Translations under genes and position numbers: made by a program
IMG/VR virus record: IMGVR_UViG_2909246061_000003
Coordinates: 1-8,684 of that record
Strand: one strand, 5' to 3'
Source: a virus
Taxonomy: Duplodnaviria > Heunggongvirae > Uroviricota > Caudoviricetes
Length of the DNA: 8,684 bases
In this document: positions 1 through 6,860 of the stretch, one piece after another
How positions within the stretch are numbered: the stretch's first letter is position 1
Layout: the number at the start of each line of letters is the position of its first letter
The notes under the pieces: model-generated
What the model was told of the DNA's origin: nothing
The model's database searches: none
Seen by the model: the letters and a program-made list of their open reading frames with translations, nothing else

Positions 1-192
1 TCAGGAGCATTTCTGATTAACACCACCGTTAAGAATCCACCCCTCAACAGCTTCACGAAGGTATGATTTGGGGTGGGTTCTGACTGGCTTCGGAAATCCG
101 TGCCGTTTGGTATAGTTCCAGATTGTCTGACGTGATGAAACACCGAGCTTGTTCATCACTTCTTTCTCAGGAATCAGGCTGGTATCGGTCAT
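1..192 (-). CDS. Excisionase-like small DNA-binding protein (lambda Xis / AlpA-like), 63 aa
   Basis: Complete ORF on the minus strand: ATG at 192-190, TGA at 3-1. GGAG lies about 7 nt upstream of the ATG (revcomp of 201-204). The motif W-x-Y-x3-G-FPKPV-x-Y-x3-V-x-W resembles the winged-helix core of lambda Xis and AlpA-type regulators, from memory. Position at the prophage edge fits int lying further left, off-window. Confidence 0.55.
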   Translation of the reverse strand: MTDTSLIPEKEVMNKLGVSSRQTIWNYTKRHGFPKPVRTHPKSYLREAVEGWILNGGVNQKCS

Positions 193-204
193 CTTAATTC
201 TCCA

Positions 205-231
205 GGCAAAAAGAAACCGCCATCAGGCGGC
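205..231 (-). terminator. Intrinsic terminator-like hairpin between the 55-aa ORF and the excisionase-like gene
   Basis: Minus-strand reading: stem CCGCC, loop TGAT, stem GGCGG, then TTTCTTTTT (plus 217-221 pairs with 226-230; A-run at plus 208-216). The stop codon of the upstream 55-aa ORF sits in the loop. Confidence 0.45.
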
Positions 232-390
232 TTGGTGTTCTTTCAGTTCTTCAATTCGAATATTGGTTACGTCTGCATGCGCTATCTGCGCCCATATCAT
301 CCAGTGGTTATAGCAGTCGTTGATGCCCTCTGCTTCGATAACTCTGTTGAATGGTTCTCCATTCCATTCACCTGTGACTCGGAAGTGCAT
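223..390 (-). CDS. Hypothetical small protein, 55 aa (below the ORF-track length cutoff)
   Basis: Hand translation of the minus strand: ATG at 390-388, TGA at 225-223, GGAG about 7 nt upstream. Product MHFRVTGEWNGEPFNRVIEAEGINDCYNHWMIWAQIAHADVTNIRIEELKEHQAA. No family recognised. Confidence 0.3.
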   Translation of the reverse strand: MHFRVTGEWNGEPFNRVIEAEGINDCYNHWMIWAQIAHADVTNIRIEELKEHQAA

Positions 391-403
391 TTATCATCTC
401 CAT

Positions 404-427
404 AAAACAAAACTCGCCGTAGCGAGT
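404..427 (-). terminator. Intrinsic terminator-like hairpin (proximal of a tandem pair)
   Basis: Plus 412-417 ACTCGC pairs with 422-427 GCGAGT, loop CGTA. On the minus strand the hairpin is followed by TTTTGTTTT. Confidence 0.45.
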
Positions 428-440
428 TCAGATAAAAGAA

Positions 441-459
441 AACCCGCACTCGGCGGGTT
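441..459 (-). terminator. Intrinsic terminator-like hairpin (distal of a tandem pair)
   Basis: Plus 441-447 AACCCGC pairs with 453-459 GCGGGTT, loop ACTCG. On the minus strand the 7-bp GC-rich stem is followed by TTTTCTTTTAT. Confidence 0.5.
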
Positions 460-479
460 CGCATTCGTTCAAATTGCGT

Positions 480-578
480 TTACTTCTTGGCGTTCTGTTC
501 ATCCATATCGATATACCATGGGTTGCTTCCCTTGGGCATGTTTAACGACTGCTCGCGATAGTATCTGATGCGCTCCAT
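480..578 (-). CDS. Possible cIII-like micro-ORF, 32 aa (very tentative)
   Basis: Hand translation: ATG 578-576, TAA 482-480. Product MERIRYYREQSLNMPKGSNPWYIDMDEQNAKK. Loose resemblance to the ERI...LN.PG.PKNGSN stretch of lambda/P22 cIII from memory. No convincing SD. Lies in the leftward operon where cIII would be expected. Confidence 0.2.
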   Translation of the reverse strand: MERIRYYREQSLNMPKGSNPWYIDMDEQNAKK

Positions 579-738
579 GAAATACTCGCGTGAGTGCTCA
601 GGTTGCTCTCATGATACCTGCTCAGTGATAACAGGTATGTTAAGGCGCTCTCTGTACTCCATGCCTGATGCTGCAAGGTCAACGTTTACCTTGTTCTGTT
701 TTTCTTTCGATTTCTCGGCGATGTTATGCCTGACATTG

Positions 739-981
739 TCAACCCGCCTCCTTCTGAACATAACGGTTATAAATCAGTCCCTGAGGGCCATAAGGAAGCG
801 GGATGTGCAACTCCTCTGGTTCAGAAACTATCCATTCTCCGGCCATCTCCGCTGGAGAGGTAATGATAAGTTGTTTGCTAATAAAAGGACCACTCCTCTC
901 AACAACAAGCTTACCATCTTCATTAATAAAAGCTTGGATGTCAGGTGTGCTTCCACACTTGGTGATGCAGCGTTTGAACAT
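739..981 (-). CDS. Hypothetical protein, 80 aa (ORF-track frame 739..1023; internal ATG with SD preferred)
   Basis: Minus-strand ORF. The ATG at 981-979 is preceded by GGGGGA at about 6 nt; the upstream ATG at 1023 has no SD. Product begins MFKRCITKCGSTPDIQAFINEDGKLVVERSG. No family recognised. Confidence 0.4.
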   Translation of the reverse strand: MFKRCITKCGSTPDIQAFINEDGKLVVERSGPFISKQLIITSPAEMAGEWIVSEPEELHIPLPYGPQGLIYNRYVQKEAG

Positions 982-1107
982 TTTGTGTCCCCCCATTTTA
1001 TGTACGGGGTAATTATAACACATTGAAATATAGTAATATTTGACGTAGATTTCTTTTGATCTATAAGCGATTTTTTAATGCTTTTAAGTTATAAATACTT
1101 GTTTTCA

Positions 1108-1524
1108 TCACCCATCTTGCTGCGGTGCTACTATTGAAAAGTGCTCACACCCTTTAGCCCAAATAGTTTTGATAGTTGTCCAACTGACTGGAACCTTGAT
1201 TTCGATTCTCCCGCTACAGTCACAAGTTTCGCAATCATCATCACCAAAGCATTCCGGGCAGCTTATAAACGTAGTTTCTGAAAATTCACCGGATAGCACA
1301 CCCTTAGCGCCGTTCTCGGCTGTTAGTCTCTTCGGCACCATGACCCAACCATCCGGAATTACCGGAGAGTTGCCGGGTTCTTTAATGTGCAAGCGAGGCT
1401 CACCATCTTTTGGCTCAGGCCACTGGCGCTCCATGTTGATCTTCAATTTATCTTCCATAGCAGCGGTAATTTCAGCATCGCTGATGCCAGCACGGCGCTG
1501 TGCATCCCACAACAGGAAATGCAT
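1108..1524 (-). CDS. Hypothetical Cys-rich protein, 138 aa, possibly the 3' remnant of a longer gene
   Basis: Minus-strand ORF with protein-like composition, whereas the overlapping plus ORF 1169..1558 is Ser/Leu-rich and starts on TTG. C-terminal CPEC-x6-CETCDC cluster suggests metal binding. No SD before the ATG at 1524. The frame is open upstream only to a stop at 1557-1555, right at the junction where lambda-like sequence begins. Confidence 0.4.
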   Translation of the reverse strand: MHFLLWDAQRRAGISDAEITAAMEDKLKINMERQWPEPKDGEPRLHIKEPGNSPVIPDGWVMVPKRLTAENGAKGVLSGEFSETTFISCPECFGDDDCETCDCSGRIEIKVPVSWTTIKTIWAKGCEHFSIVAPQQDG

Positions 1525-1566
1525 ACAGTACGGAACTAAACGCGGAAAAGCCGCTTAAGACATTCC

Positions 1567-1598
1567 CGCTCTTACACATCCCAGCCCTGAAAAAGGGC
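1567..1598 (+). promoter_or_regulatory. nutR-like N-utilisation site: boxA CGCTCTTAC (1567-1575) and boxB GCCCTGAAAAAGGGC (1584-1598)
   Basis: Seen directly. Matches lambda nutR boxA/boxB as I recall them, with about one mismatch in the spacer. The following leader down to the cII ATG also looks lambda-like. Confidence 0.8.
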
Positions 1599-1677
1599 AT
1601 CAAATTAAACCACACCTATGGTGTATGCATTTATTTGCATACATTCAATCAATTGTTATCTAAGGAAATACTTACAT

Positions 1678-1956
1678 ATGCAACTTACAAGTACTCGCAA
1701 GAAAGCGAATGCAATTACAAGCAACATCCTGAATCGAATTGCTGTACGTGGTCAGCGAAAGGTTGCCGACGCGTTAGGGGTTAATGAATCGCAAATTTCG
1801 CGATGGAAAGACAGCTTCATCCCCAAAATGGGAATGCTTCTGGCTGTTCTTGAATGGGGTGTTGAAGACGAGGAGTTGGCGGAACTGGCTAAGCAAGTAG
1901 CCAGAATGCTGACAAAAGAAAAAGCCCCGAAGAACGGCGAATTCTTCGAGGCCTGA
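1678..1956 (+). CDS. cII: Transcriptional activator CII homologue, 92 aa
   Basis: The stretch SQISRWK...IPK..MLLAVLEWGV.D...A.LA.QVA..LT..K.P is collinear with lambda CII. ATG at 1678 is preceded by AAGGAAA. The ORF-track start at 1618 is an upstream non-ATG extension and is not used. The N-terminal 25 residues differ from lambda while the leader matches, indicating a mosaic. Confidence 0.85.
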   Translation: MQLTSTRKKANAITSNILNRIAVRGQRKVADALGVNESQISRWKDSFIPKMGMLLAVLEWGVEDEELAELAKQVARMLTKEKAPKNGEFFEA

Positions 1957-1990
1957 TGTAGAAAGACTGGATCAATCCACAGGAGTAATT

Positions 1991-2152
1991 ATGACAAAAC
2001 GTCGTAAGAAATACCAGGAAAAAGAAGAGATTCGACACCCTGATTCACCTGAGGGATTAGTGGTAGCCGCAGCAAATAACAGGGCGTTCGCAGAACGCCT
2101 TGTTGGTGTTTACAGACTAGCCAAAGCAGGAGTGAAACATGGGCGTCGTTAA
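1991..2152 (+). CDS. Small basic ORF, 53 aa, using a lambda-O-like RBS and start context
   Basis: AGGAG at 1981-1985, then ATG at 1991. Product MTKRRKKYQEKEEIRHPDSPEGLVVAAANNRAFAERLVGVYRLAKAGVKHGRR. Overlaps the O-like start by 14 nt. Could be a real small gene or a by-product of a recombination junction. Confidence 0.3.
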   Translation: MTKRRKKYQEKEEIRHPDSPEGLVVAAANNRAFAERLVGVYRLAKAGVKHGRR

Positions 2153-2936
2153 GTTAGCTGATTACAGGCCTCAACTGGAGGTCGTGGAGCATCGCGTGGC
2201 AGATACCGAAGATGGTTTCATGCGCATTGCTAACGAGATTACCGACAGTCTGCTGATGGCTGATTTAACCGTCCGGCAGTTGAAGGTGATGCTCGCTATC
2301 ATGCGCAAGACATACGGATTCAATAAGCCGATGGATCGACTCACAAACACGCAGATAGCAGCCATGACAGGTATTCATCACACTCATGTTTGCGCTGCCA
2401 AGCGCCAGCTTATCGAGCGTAAATTCCTCATTGCTGATGGCGTGAAAATCGGAGTGAACAAGGTGGTTTCTCAGTGGATTAGCCAGGACAGCTTAACATT
2501 AGCTAAAACAGCTAATAAAACATTAGCCAAGTCGGCTAATGGGTATAAGCCAAGTCAGCTAAACACAAAAGACAATATACAAAAGACAATAAATACAAAT
2601 ACCCCCTTACCCCCTAACGGGGGCGGCGATGGGCAGGTTAAACCTGAACGTCGCAAGGCAGAACGAATCGACTACGAATCCTTCCTGAACGCCTACAACA
2701 CCGAAGTCGGTGACAGACTGCCACACGCTGTTGCGGTCAACGAGAAACGCAAACGCCGCCTGAAGAAAATCATCCCGCAACTGAAAACGCCAAACGTGGA
2801 CGGTTTCAGAGCGTATGTCAGGGCGTTTGTGCATCAGGCCAAGCCGTTTTACTTCGGAGACAACGACACGGGCTGGACGGCCGATTTTGATTACCTGCTG
2901 AGGGAAGACTCGTTAACGGGAGTTCGGGAAGCGTAG
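2139..2936 (+). CDS. Replication initiator, lambda O-like N-terminal domain, 265 aa
   Basis: AGGAG at 2128-2132, ATG at 2139, in-frame stop immediately upstream. N-terminal half is collinear with lambda O (RVAD.EDG...L...L..ADLT.RQ.KV.LAI.RKTYG.NKPMDR.T..Q). C-terminal half is not recognisably lambda O. Internal iteron-like repeats are listed separately. Confidence 0.8.
   Translation: MGVVKLADYRPQLEVVEHRVADTEDGFMRIANEITDSLLMADLTVRQLKVMLAIMRKTYGFNKPMDRLTNTQIAAMTGIHHTHVCAAKRQLIERKFLIADGVKIGVNKVVSQWISQDSLTLAKTANKTLAKSANGYKPSQLNTKDNIQKTINTNTPLPPNGGGDGQVKPERRKAERIDYESFLNAYNTEVGDRLPHAVAVNEKRKRRLKKIIPQLKTPNVDGFRAYVRAFVHQAKPFYFGDNDTGWTADFDYLLREDSLTGVREA
2477..2603 (+). repeat. Origin-like array inside the O-like gene: four iteron-like repeats followed by an AT-rich tract
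   Basis: Repeats of about 21-24 bp, each with internal dyad ATTAGC...GCTAAT: 2477-2497, 2497-2520, 2521-2544, 2545-2568. Then an A/T-rich tract to about 2603 (AAAAGACAATATACAAAAGACAATAAATACAAATAC). Same architecture as ori-lambda inside O. Confidence 0.5.
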
Positions 2937-2962
2937 CTAAATTTCATTCGCCAAAAAGCCCG

Positions 2963-3541
2963 ATGATGAGCGACTCACCACGGGCTACGGCTTCTGACTC
3001 TCTTTCCGGTACTGATGTGATGGCTGCTATGGGGATGGCGCAATCACAAGCCGGATTCGGTATGGCTGCATTCTGTGGTAAGCACGAACTCAGCCAGAAC
3101 GACAAACAAAAGGCTATCAACTATCTGATGCAATTTGCACACAAGGTATCGGGGAAATACCGTGGTGTGGCAAAGATCGAAGGAAATACTAAGGCAAAGG
3201 TACTGCAAGTGCTCGCAACATTCGCTTATGCGGATTATTGCCGTAGTGCCGCGACGCCGGGGGCAAGATGCAGAGATTGCCACGGTACAGGCCGTGTGGT
3301 TGATATAGCAAAAACAGAGCAGTGGGGGAGAGTTGTTGAGAAAGAGTGCGGAAGATGCAAAGGTGTCGGCTATTCAAGGATGCCAGCAAGCGCCGCATAT
3401 CGCGCTGTAACGATGCTAATTCCAAACCTCACCCAACCCACCTGGTCACGCACTGTTAAGCCGCTGTATGACGCTCTGGTGGTGCAATGCCACAAAGAAG
3501 AGTCAATCGCAGACAACATTTTGAACGCGGTCACACGTTAG
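2963..3541 (+). CDS. Q: Late antiterminator Q, lambda-type, read from the first in-frame ATG (192 aa); native start codon apparently lost
   Basis: Product has the Zn-binding CRDCHGTG...CGRCKGVG module and is collinear with lambda Q as I recall it. The frame is open upstream to 2891 and encodes ...VAKFHSPKSP before the Met-Met at 2963, matching lambda Q residues about 6-15, but no ATG/GTG/TTG or SD is present there. Only 26 bp separate it from the O-like stop. Confidence 0.75.
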   Translation: MMSDSPRATASDSLSGTDVMAAMGMAQSQAGFGMAAFCGKHELSQNDKQKAINYLMQFAHKVSGKYRGVAKIEGNTKAKVLQVLATFAYADYCRSAATPGARCRDCHGTGRVVDIAKTEQWGRVVEKECGRCKGVGYSRMPASAAYRAVTMLIPNLTQPTWSRTVKPLYDALVVQCHKEESIADNILNAVTR

Positions 3542-3583
3542 CAGCATGATTGCCACGGATGGCAACATATTAACGGCATAATA

Positions 3584-3612
3584 TTGACTTTTTGAATAAA
3601 GTTGGGTAAATT
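3584..3612 (+). promoter_or_regulatory. pR'-like late promoter (-35 TTGACT 3584-3589, 17-bp spacer, -10 TAAATT 3607-3612) with adjacent qut-like region
   Basis: Hexamers and spacing seen directly. The surrounding sequence closely resembles the lambda pR' region from memory, up to about 3640, where similarity ends. Confidence 0.6.
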
Positions 3613-3646
3613 TGACATCAACGATGGATAAATGCACTCGTTAAAT

Positions 3647-3685
3647 AAAGCCCTGAGTTAATAGCTCTGGGCTTTTTGCGTTTTA
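3647..3685 (+). terminator. Intrinsic terminator closing a short leader transcript from the pR'-like promoter
   Basis: Stem 3650-3657 GCCCTGAG pairs with 3665-3672 CTCTGGGC (one T-T mismatch), loop TTAATA, then TTTTTGCGTTTT. Confidence 0.5.
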
Positions 3686-3958
3686 AGCACGGCCTTTCTG
3701 AAAGCACATCAAACCAAATACCAGACAGACAATACCCTCACCTTATAGGGACACTTGCTTCAACAGGAGGGACGGTTAGGACCGCCATCCTATATGGGAC
3801 GACCGCCAATAGAACCACGGCCACGGTAATAGAACTCTTCAGAGATGGCACAGTCGCTGCCGGGCATACTTTTACGCTGAGAGATATTTCTTTTGGAGAC
3901 AGCAGGGCTCTAGGGGCTGATTTTGGAGGCTCCTTCGGGAATCTGTATAAGTTCTAAT

Positions 3959-3976
3959 CGGCCGCATCAGCGGCCG
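3959..3976. terminator. All-GC hairpin just past the gtrC stop, a possible operon-end or bidirectional terminator
   Basis: CGGCCGC (3959-3965), loop ATCA, GCGGCCG (3970-3976). A U-rich tract follows on the plus side only (TATCTCTTT). On the minus strand it lies 8 nt after the gtrC stop without a clean T-run. Confidence 0.35.
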
Positions 3977-3983
3977 TATCTCT

Positions 3984-5585
3984 TTACAGATAAGCGACGA
4001 AATAGCCGTCAATTTTCTTTATTTTAAGTTTGTCGCCATAGATGGATAGGGGCTTCTTGAGCCATGTATCGTCTGTGGCGACATATATCTCATTATTCCT
4101 TAGCGTACCCTTAGCCTTAATTTCGGCTATATATCTTTTGTTATTATCTATCGCTGCTTTGTCTGCTCTAGCAAAATACCCAAAATTAAGTTTCATTTTT
4201 TCTGAAGAAGCAAATTCAGCAAATGGGAGCCAATGTCTTAAGCTGAACTCATCGTAATCAGTGGTTATGATAGTGTCCTTCCCTTTGGAGATGACTTCCC
4301 ACTCTTTACTCAACATTTGAGAGCTGTATGGCTTACCAGTATATATCTCTCGAACGGCTTTGAAAAAGTTGCTTTCATCCGCCACTGATATTAATAGAAT
4401 AGGGAGCAAGACATAAGCAGAACTTTTCGAGGTTTTTGCTAAGTATGCCAAAACAATCAACATCAAGATCATCGTCACCGGCCAGAAGAACCGACCAGAA
4501 GAGCGAAAAACGCCACCAACCTTCATGAGAAAGTCATTCATTGGAATTTCAATGAGATTAAATCCATAAAAGTTAATTCGATAAGTTATAGAAACGGCAG
4601 CCAGAACTAAACAGAAGTACAATACAGGAGATTTTATAATTCTCCTGAAATCTATGGACTTTCTTAAAGAGGAGTCTATCAGCATAAACAAAAATAGCGT
4701 GATGATGCCTAATCCTAGATAATTTATACCCTCAAAGTTAGCCTGTTGACTCCCATGACTCAAGATAAGATGTGAGTATCTCTGGTCTCCTGGGTTGAAC
4801 CAGCCGGCAAGATCCATGTTAAGGAATCCGAATCCAGGGTATGGGTCAGAGCCTTTAATAACAAAGTATCCGGTAGCATACATTGCGAGAAATATTAACA
4901 CAGAGTAACACGCGAAAAAGAATGCCGATCTTTTTAAAGATAAACGGTTTGTGTTCAGTTTGTTTAAAATGTCAAATGCAAAAATTAAATACACCATTAT
5001 CAGCAAATATGCATGAATGGTGACTGAGAGAACTAAAATAGCAGCCCATCTTTTAAAGCAAAAAGACCTATTGATATAAAGGTAAAATCCAAAAAGAATT
5101 AGCCACTGAGCGCCTAATGCAAAGTGACCACCGGCACGATTTAAGAATATTGGTGCAATGCAGAAGAAGCATGAACCTATTGCAGAGAATATCTCATCCT
5201 TTGTTAACTTACGAAGAACCAAATACGCAGAAAACGTCATAAGCACAAAGCAAAGATACATCCAAAGCCCGTGATATTGAAATCTGGCGGGGAGAAAGTC
5301 GCTAAAAGGCTTGAATATGAAGGCCATAATTGGGATTGAGTCGGTGTAAACGATAGACCCACCTACACCCATCCCATAGTTATAATTTAGGCCAAGGGGC
5401 CACTGCAACAACGGAGTATTTCGGAAGAAATTCCATCCTGACCAGCTTTGACCAGGATCACCTATCATAAGCCATCCAACTCTTTTGAAGTCCAGCACAT
5501 TCACACCAACATACATAGCAAACATTGATGTCGTGAATATAAACATAAATAAGGACGCTAAAATCCTTTTTTGTGCCTTAGTCAT
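3984..5585 (-). CDS. Serotype-specific O-antigen glucosyltransferase, GtrC-type polytopic membrane protein, 533 aa
   Basis: Third gene of a gtrA-gtrB-gtr(type) operon. The ATG at 5585 overlaps the gtrB stop by 8 nt (ATGACTAA). N-terminal two-thirds has many hydrophobic segments; C-terminal hydrophilic domain of about 130 aa. Markedly AT-rich codon usage compared with neighbours. No close relative recognised from memory. Confidence 0.7.
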   Translation of the reverse strand: MTKAQKRILASLFMFIFTTSMFAMYVGVNVLDFKRVGWLMIGDPGQSWSGWNFFRNTPLLQWPLGLNYNYGMGVGGSIVYTDSIPIMAFIFKPFSDFLPARFQYHGLWMYLCFVLMTFSAYLVLRKLTKDEIFSAIGSCFFCIAPIFLNRAGGHFALGAQWLILFGFYLYINRSFCFKRWAAILVLSVTIHAYLLIMVYLIFAFDILNKLNTNRLSLKRSAFFFACYSVLIFLAMYATGYFVIKGSDPYPGFGFLNMDLAGWFNPGDQRYSHLILSHGSQQANFEGINYLGLGIITLFLFMLIDSSLRKSIDFRRIIKSPVLYFCLVLAAVSITYRINFYGFNLIEIPMNDFLMKVGGVFRSSGRFFWPVTMILMLIVLAYLAKTSKSSAYVLLPILLISVADESNFFKAVREIYTGKPYSSQMLSKEWEVISKGKDTIITTDYDEFSLRHWLPFAEFASSEKMKLNFGYFARADKAAIDNNKRYIAEIKAKGTLRNNEIYVATDDTWLKKPLSIYGDKLKIKKIDGYFVAYL

Positions 5586-6501
5586 TGTGTTTATTCCTTA
5601 AGATGTAACGAGGCCTAGCCTTGACTTCAATATATATTCTTCCGATATATTCACCAAGAACGCCAATGCCGATAAGTTGAATCCCGCCCAAGAACAGGAT
5701 TGAAACAAGGAGTGAAGGATATCCTCTCACGGCATTTCCAAATGCAATAGTATCGATGATCATCCAGGCTCCGTAGATAAATGCAAGCCCAGCGACTAGT
5801 AATCCAATATAAGTCCACATACGTAGAGGGAATGTAGAAAAGCTAGTAATCCCTTCTAGAGCTAAATTCCAAAGCTTCCAGCCATTAAACTTTGTGCAAC
5901 CAGCGACTCGCTCAGCTCTGGCGTATTCTACTACATCTGTTTTCCCGCCAACCCAAGACAAAACGCCCTTCATGAACAAGTTTCTTTCTGGCATTAGTTT
6001 GATATTTTCTACCACTTCTCGTGACATTAAACGGAAGTCACCGACGTTCTCTTCAATTTTGGGATTGCTGATTTTATTGTGTAGCTTATAGAACCACTCA
6101 GCTGATTTTCGCTTTAAACGACCGTCAGTAGACCTGTCTGTACGTTTGGCCAGAACCATATCCGCCCCAGCCTGCCACTTCTCAATTAGGTGGGGGATTA
6201 CTTCAATTGGGTCCTGCAGATCTACATCAATCGGAATGACCGCGTCGCCTGTAGCTTGGTCAAGGCCAGCAAACAAAGCCGGTTCCTTTCCGAAGTTACG
6301 CGTGAAGGAGAGAGGAACTACGAGTGGGTCAGCAATGGCAAGCGCGTTAATAATTGATTCTGTAGCGTCTTTGCTACCGTCGTTAATGAAGACTATTTCG
6401 ACTTCATGCTGCTGAAGCCCTTCAAATTCCCGCACGGTTTTATAGAAGATTGGAATTGCTTCCTCTTCATTAAACACAGGAACGACCAGAGAAATTTTCA
6501 T
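5578..6501 (-). CDS. gtrB: Bactoprenol glucosyltransferase GtrB (GT2 family), 307 aa
   Basis: Near-collinear with Shigella/Salmonella phage GtrB from memory ([23 protein letters not shown]...FINDGSKD...DVDLQDP...). ATG at 6501 overlaps the gtrA stop (ATGA). Confidence 0.9.
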   Translation of the reverse strand: MKISLVVPVFNEEEAIPIFYKTVREFEGLQQHEVEIVFINDGSKDATESIINALAIADPLVVPLSFTRNFGKEPALFAGLDQATGDAVIPIDVDLQDPIEVIPHLIEKWQAGADMVLAKRTDRSTDGRLKRKSAEWFYKLHNKISNPKIEENVGDFRLMSREVVENIKLMPERNLFMKGVLSWVGGKTDVVEYARAERVAGCTKFNGWKLWNLALEGITSFSTFPLRMWTYIGLLVAGLAFIYGAWMIIDTIAFGNAVRGYPSLLVSILFLGGIQLIGIGVLGEYIGRIYIEVKARPRYILRNKHND

Positions 6502-6860
6502 TTCACATCCCTAAAGACAATGAACTTTGAATAAATAAACCCGCACACCAGACTGATGGCGGAGAACAGAATTAAGGTGATGATTGGTGCCAGACCAGAT
6601 TTATCCGCCGCCCAACCCACAGCTGCGCTAAGCGTCCCCATAAAGCCGACGTAAAGCATGTATCGCATGGTTGTTGTGGATGACTTAAACGTGAATCTGG
6701 CATTTGCGAAGAAGCTAAATGACACAGCCACAACGAACCCGGCAAAGTTGCCAAGGGCCTGTCCTGTATGGAATGCATAGATGCAAATTGCGAACACTAC
6801 CCAGTGAATGAGCGTGTTAATGACACCTATCGATGTGTACTTGGCGAATAACTTTAACAT
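6498..6860 (-). CDS. gtrA: Bactoprenol-linked glucose translocase (flippase) GtrA, 120 aa
   Basis: From the internal ATG at 6860 the product [23 protein letters not shown]... matches GtrA at its usual 120-aa length. The ORF-track start at 6923 is a GTG extension and is not used. Confidence 0.85.
   Translation of the reverse strand: MLKLFAKYTSIGVINTLIHWVVFAICIYAFHTGQALGNFAGFVVAVSFSFFANARFTFKSSTTTMRYMLYVGFMGTLSAAVGWAADKSGLAPIITLILFSAISLVCGFIYSKFIVFRDVK

Noticed and set aside
320-1026. Plus-strand ORFs 320..568, 568..1026 and 803..1012
   Set aside because: They lie antisense to the leftward operon, its terminators and small genes, have no convincing RBS, and their translations are low-complexity.
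1618-1677. ORF-track start of cII at 1618
   Set aside because: It is a non-ATG upstream extension through the conserved leader. The ATG at 1678 with an upstream AAGGA matches the lambda cII start context.
1713-1726. TTGC-N6-TTGC on the minus strand inside cII, a possible CII-dependent PRE-like promoter
   Set aside because: The motif is present but offset by several codons from the lambda PRE position, and I could not find a -10 at the right spacing. Too weak to call.
1169-1784. Plus-strand ORFs 1169..1558 (TTG start) and 1500..1784
   Set aside because: The first is Ser/Leu-rich, starts on TTG and is antisense to a more protein-like ORF. The second runs through nutR and overlaps cII out of frame. 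Neither resembles Cro or any HTH protein.
2171-3425. Minus-strand ORFs 2171..2365, 2607..2834, 3044..3283 and 3189..3425
   Set aside because: They are antisense to the well-supported O-like and Q genes.
3676-3957. 93-aa plus ORF downstream of the pR' terminator
   Set aside because: It begins on TTG inside the terminator T-run, has no internal Met or RBS, and is Gly/Thr/Ala-rich. It could be a decayed tail-fibre fragment, but that cannot be supported without a search.
4042-6778. Plus-strand ORFs 4042..4257, 5894..6091, 6146..6415 and minus ORF 6572..6778
   Set aside because: They are antisense to or out of frame within gtrC, gtrB and gtrA.
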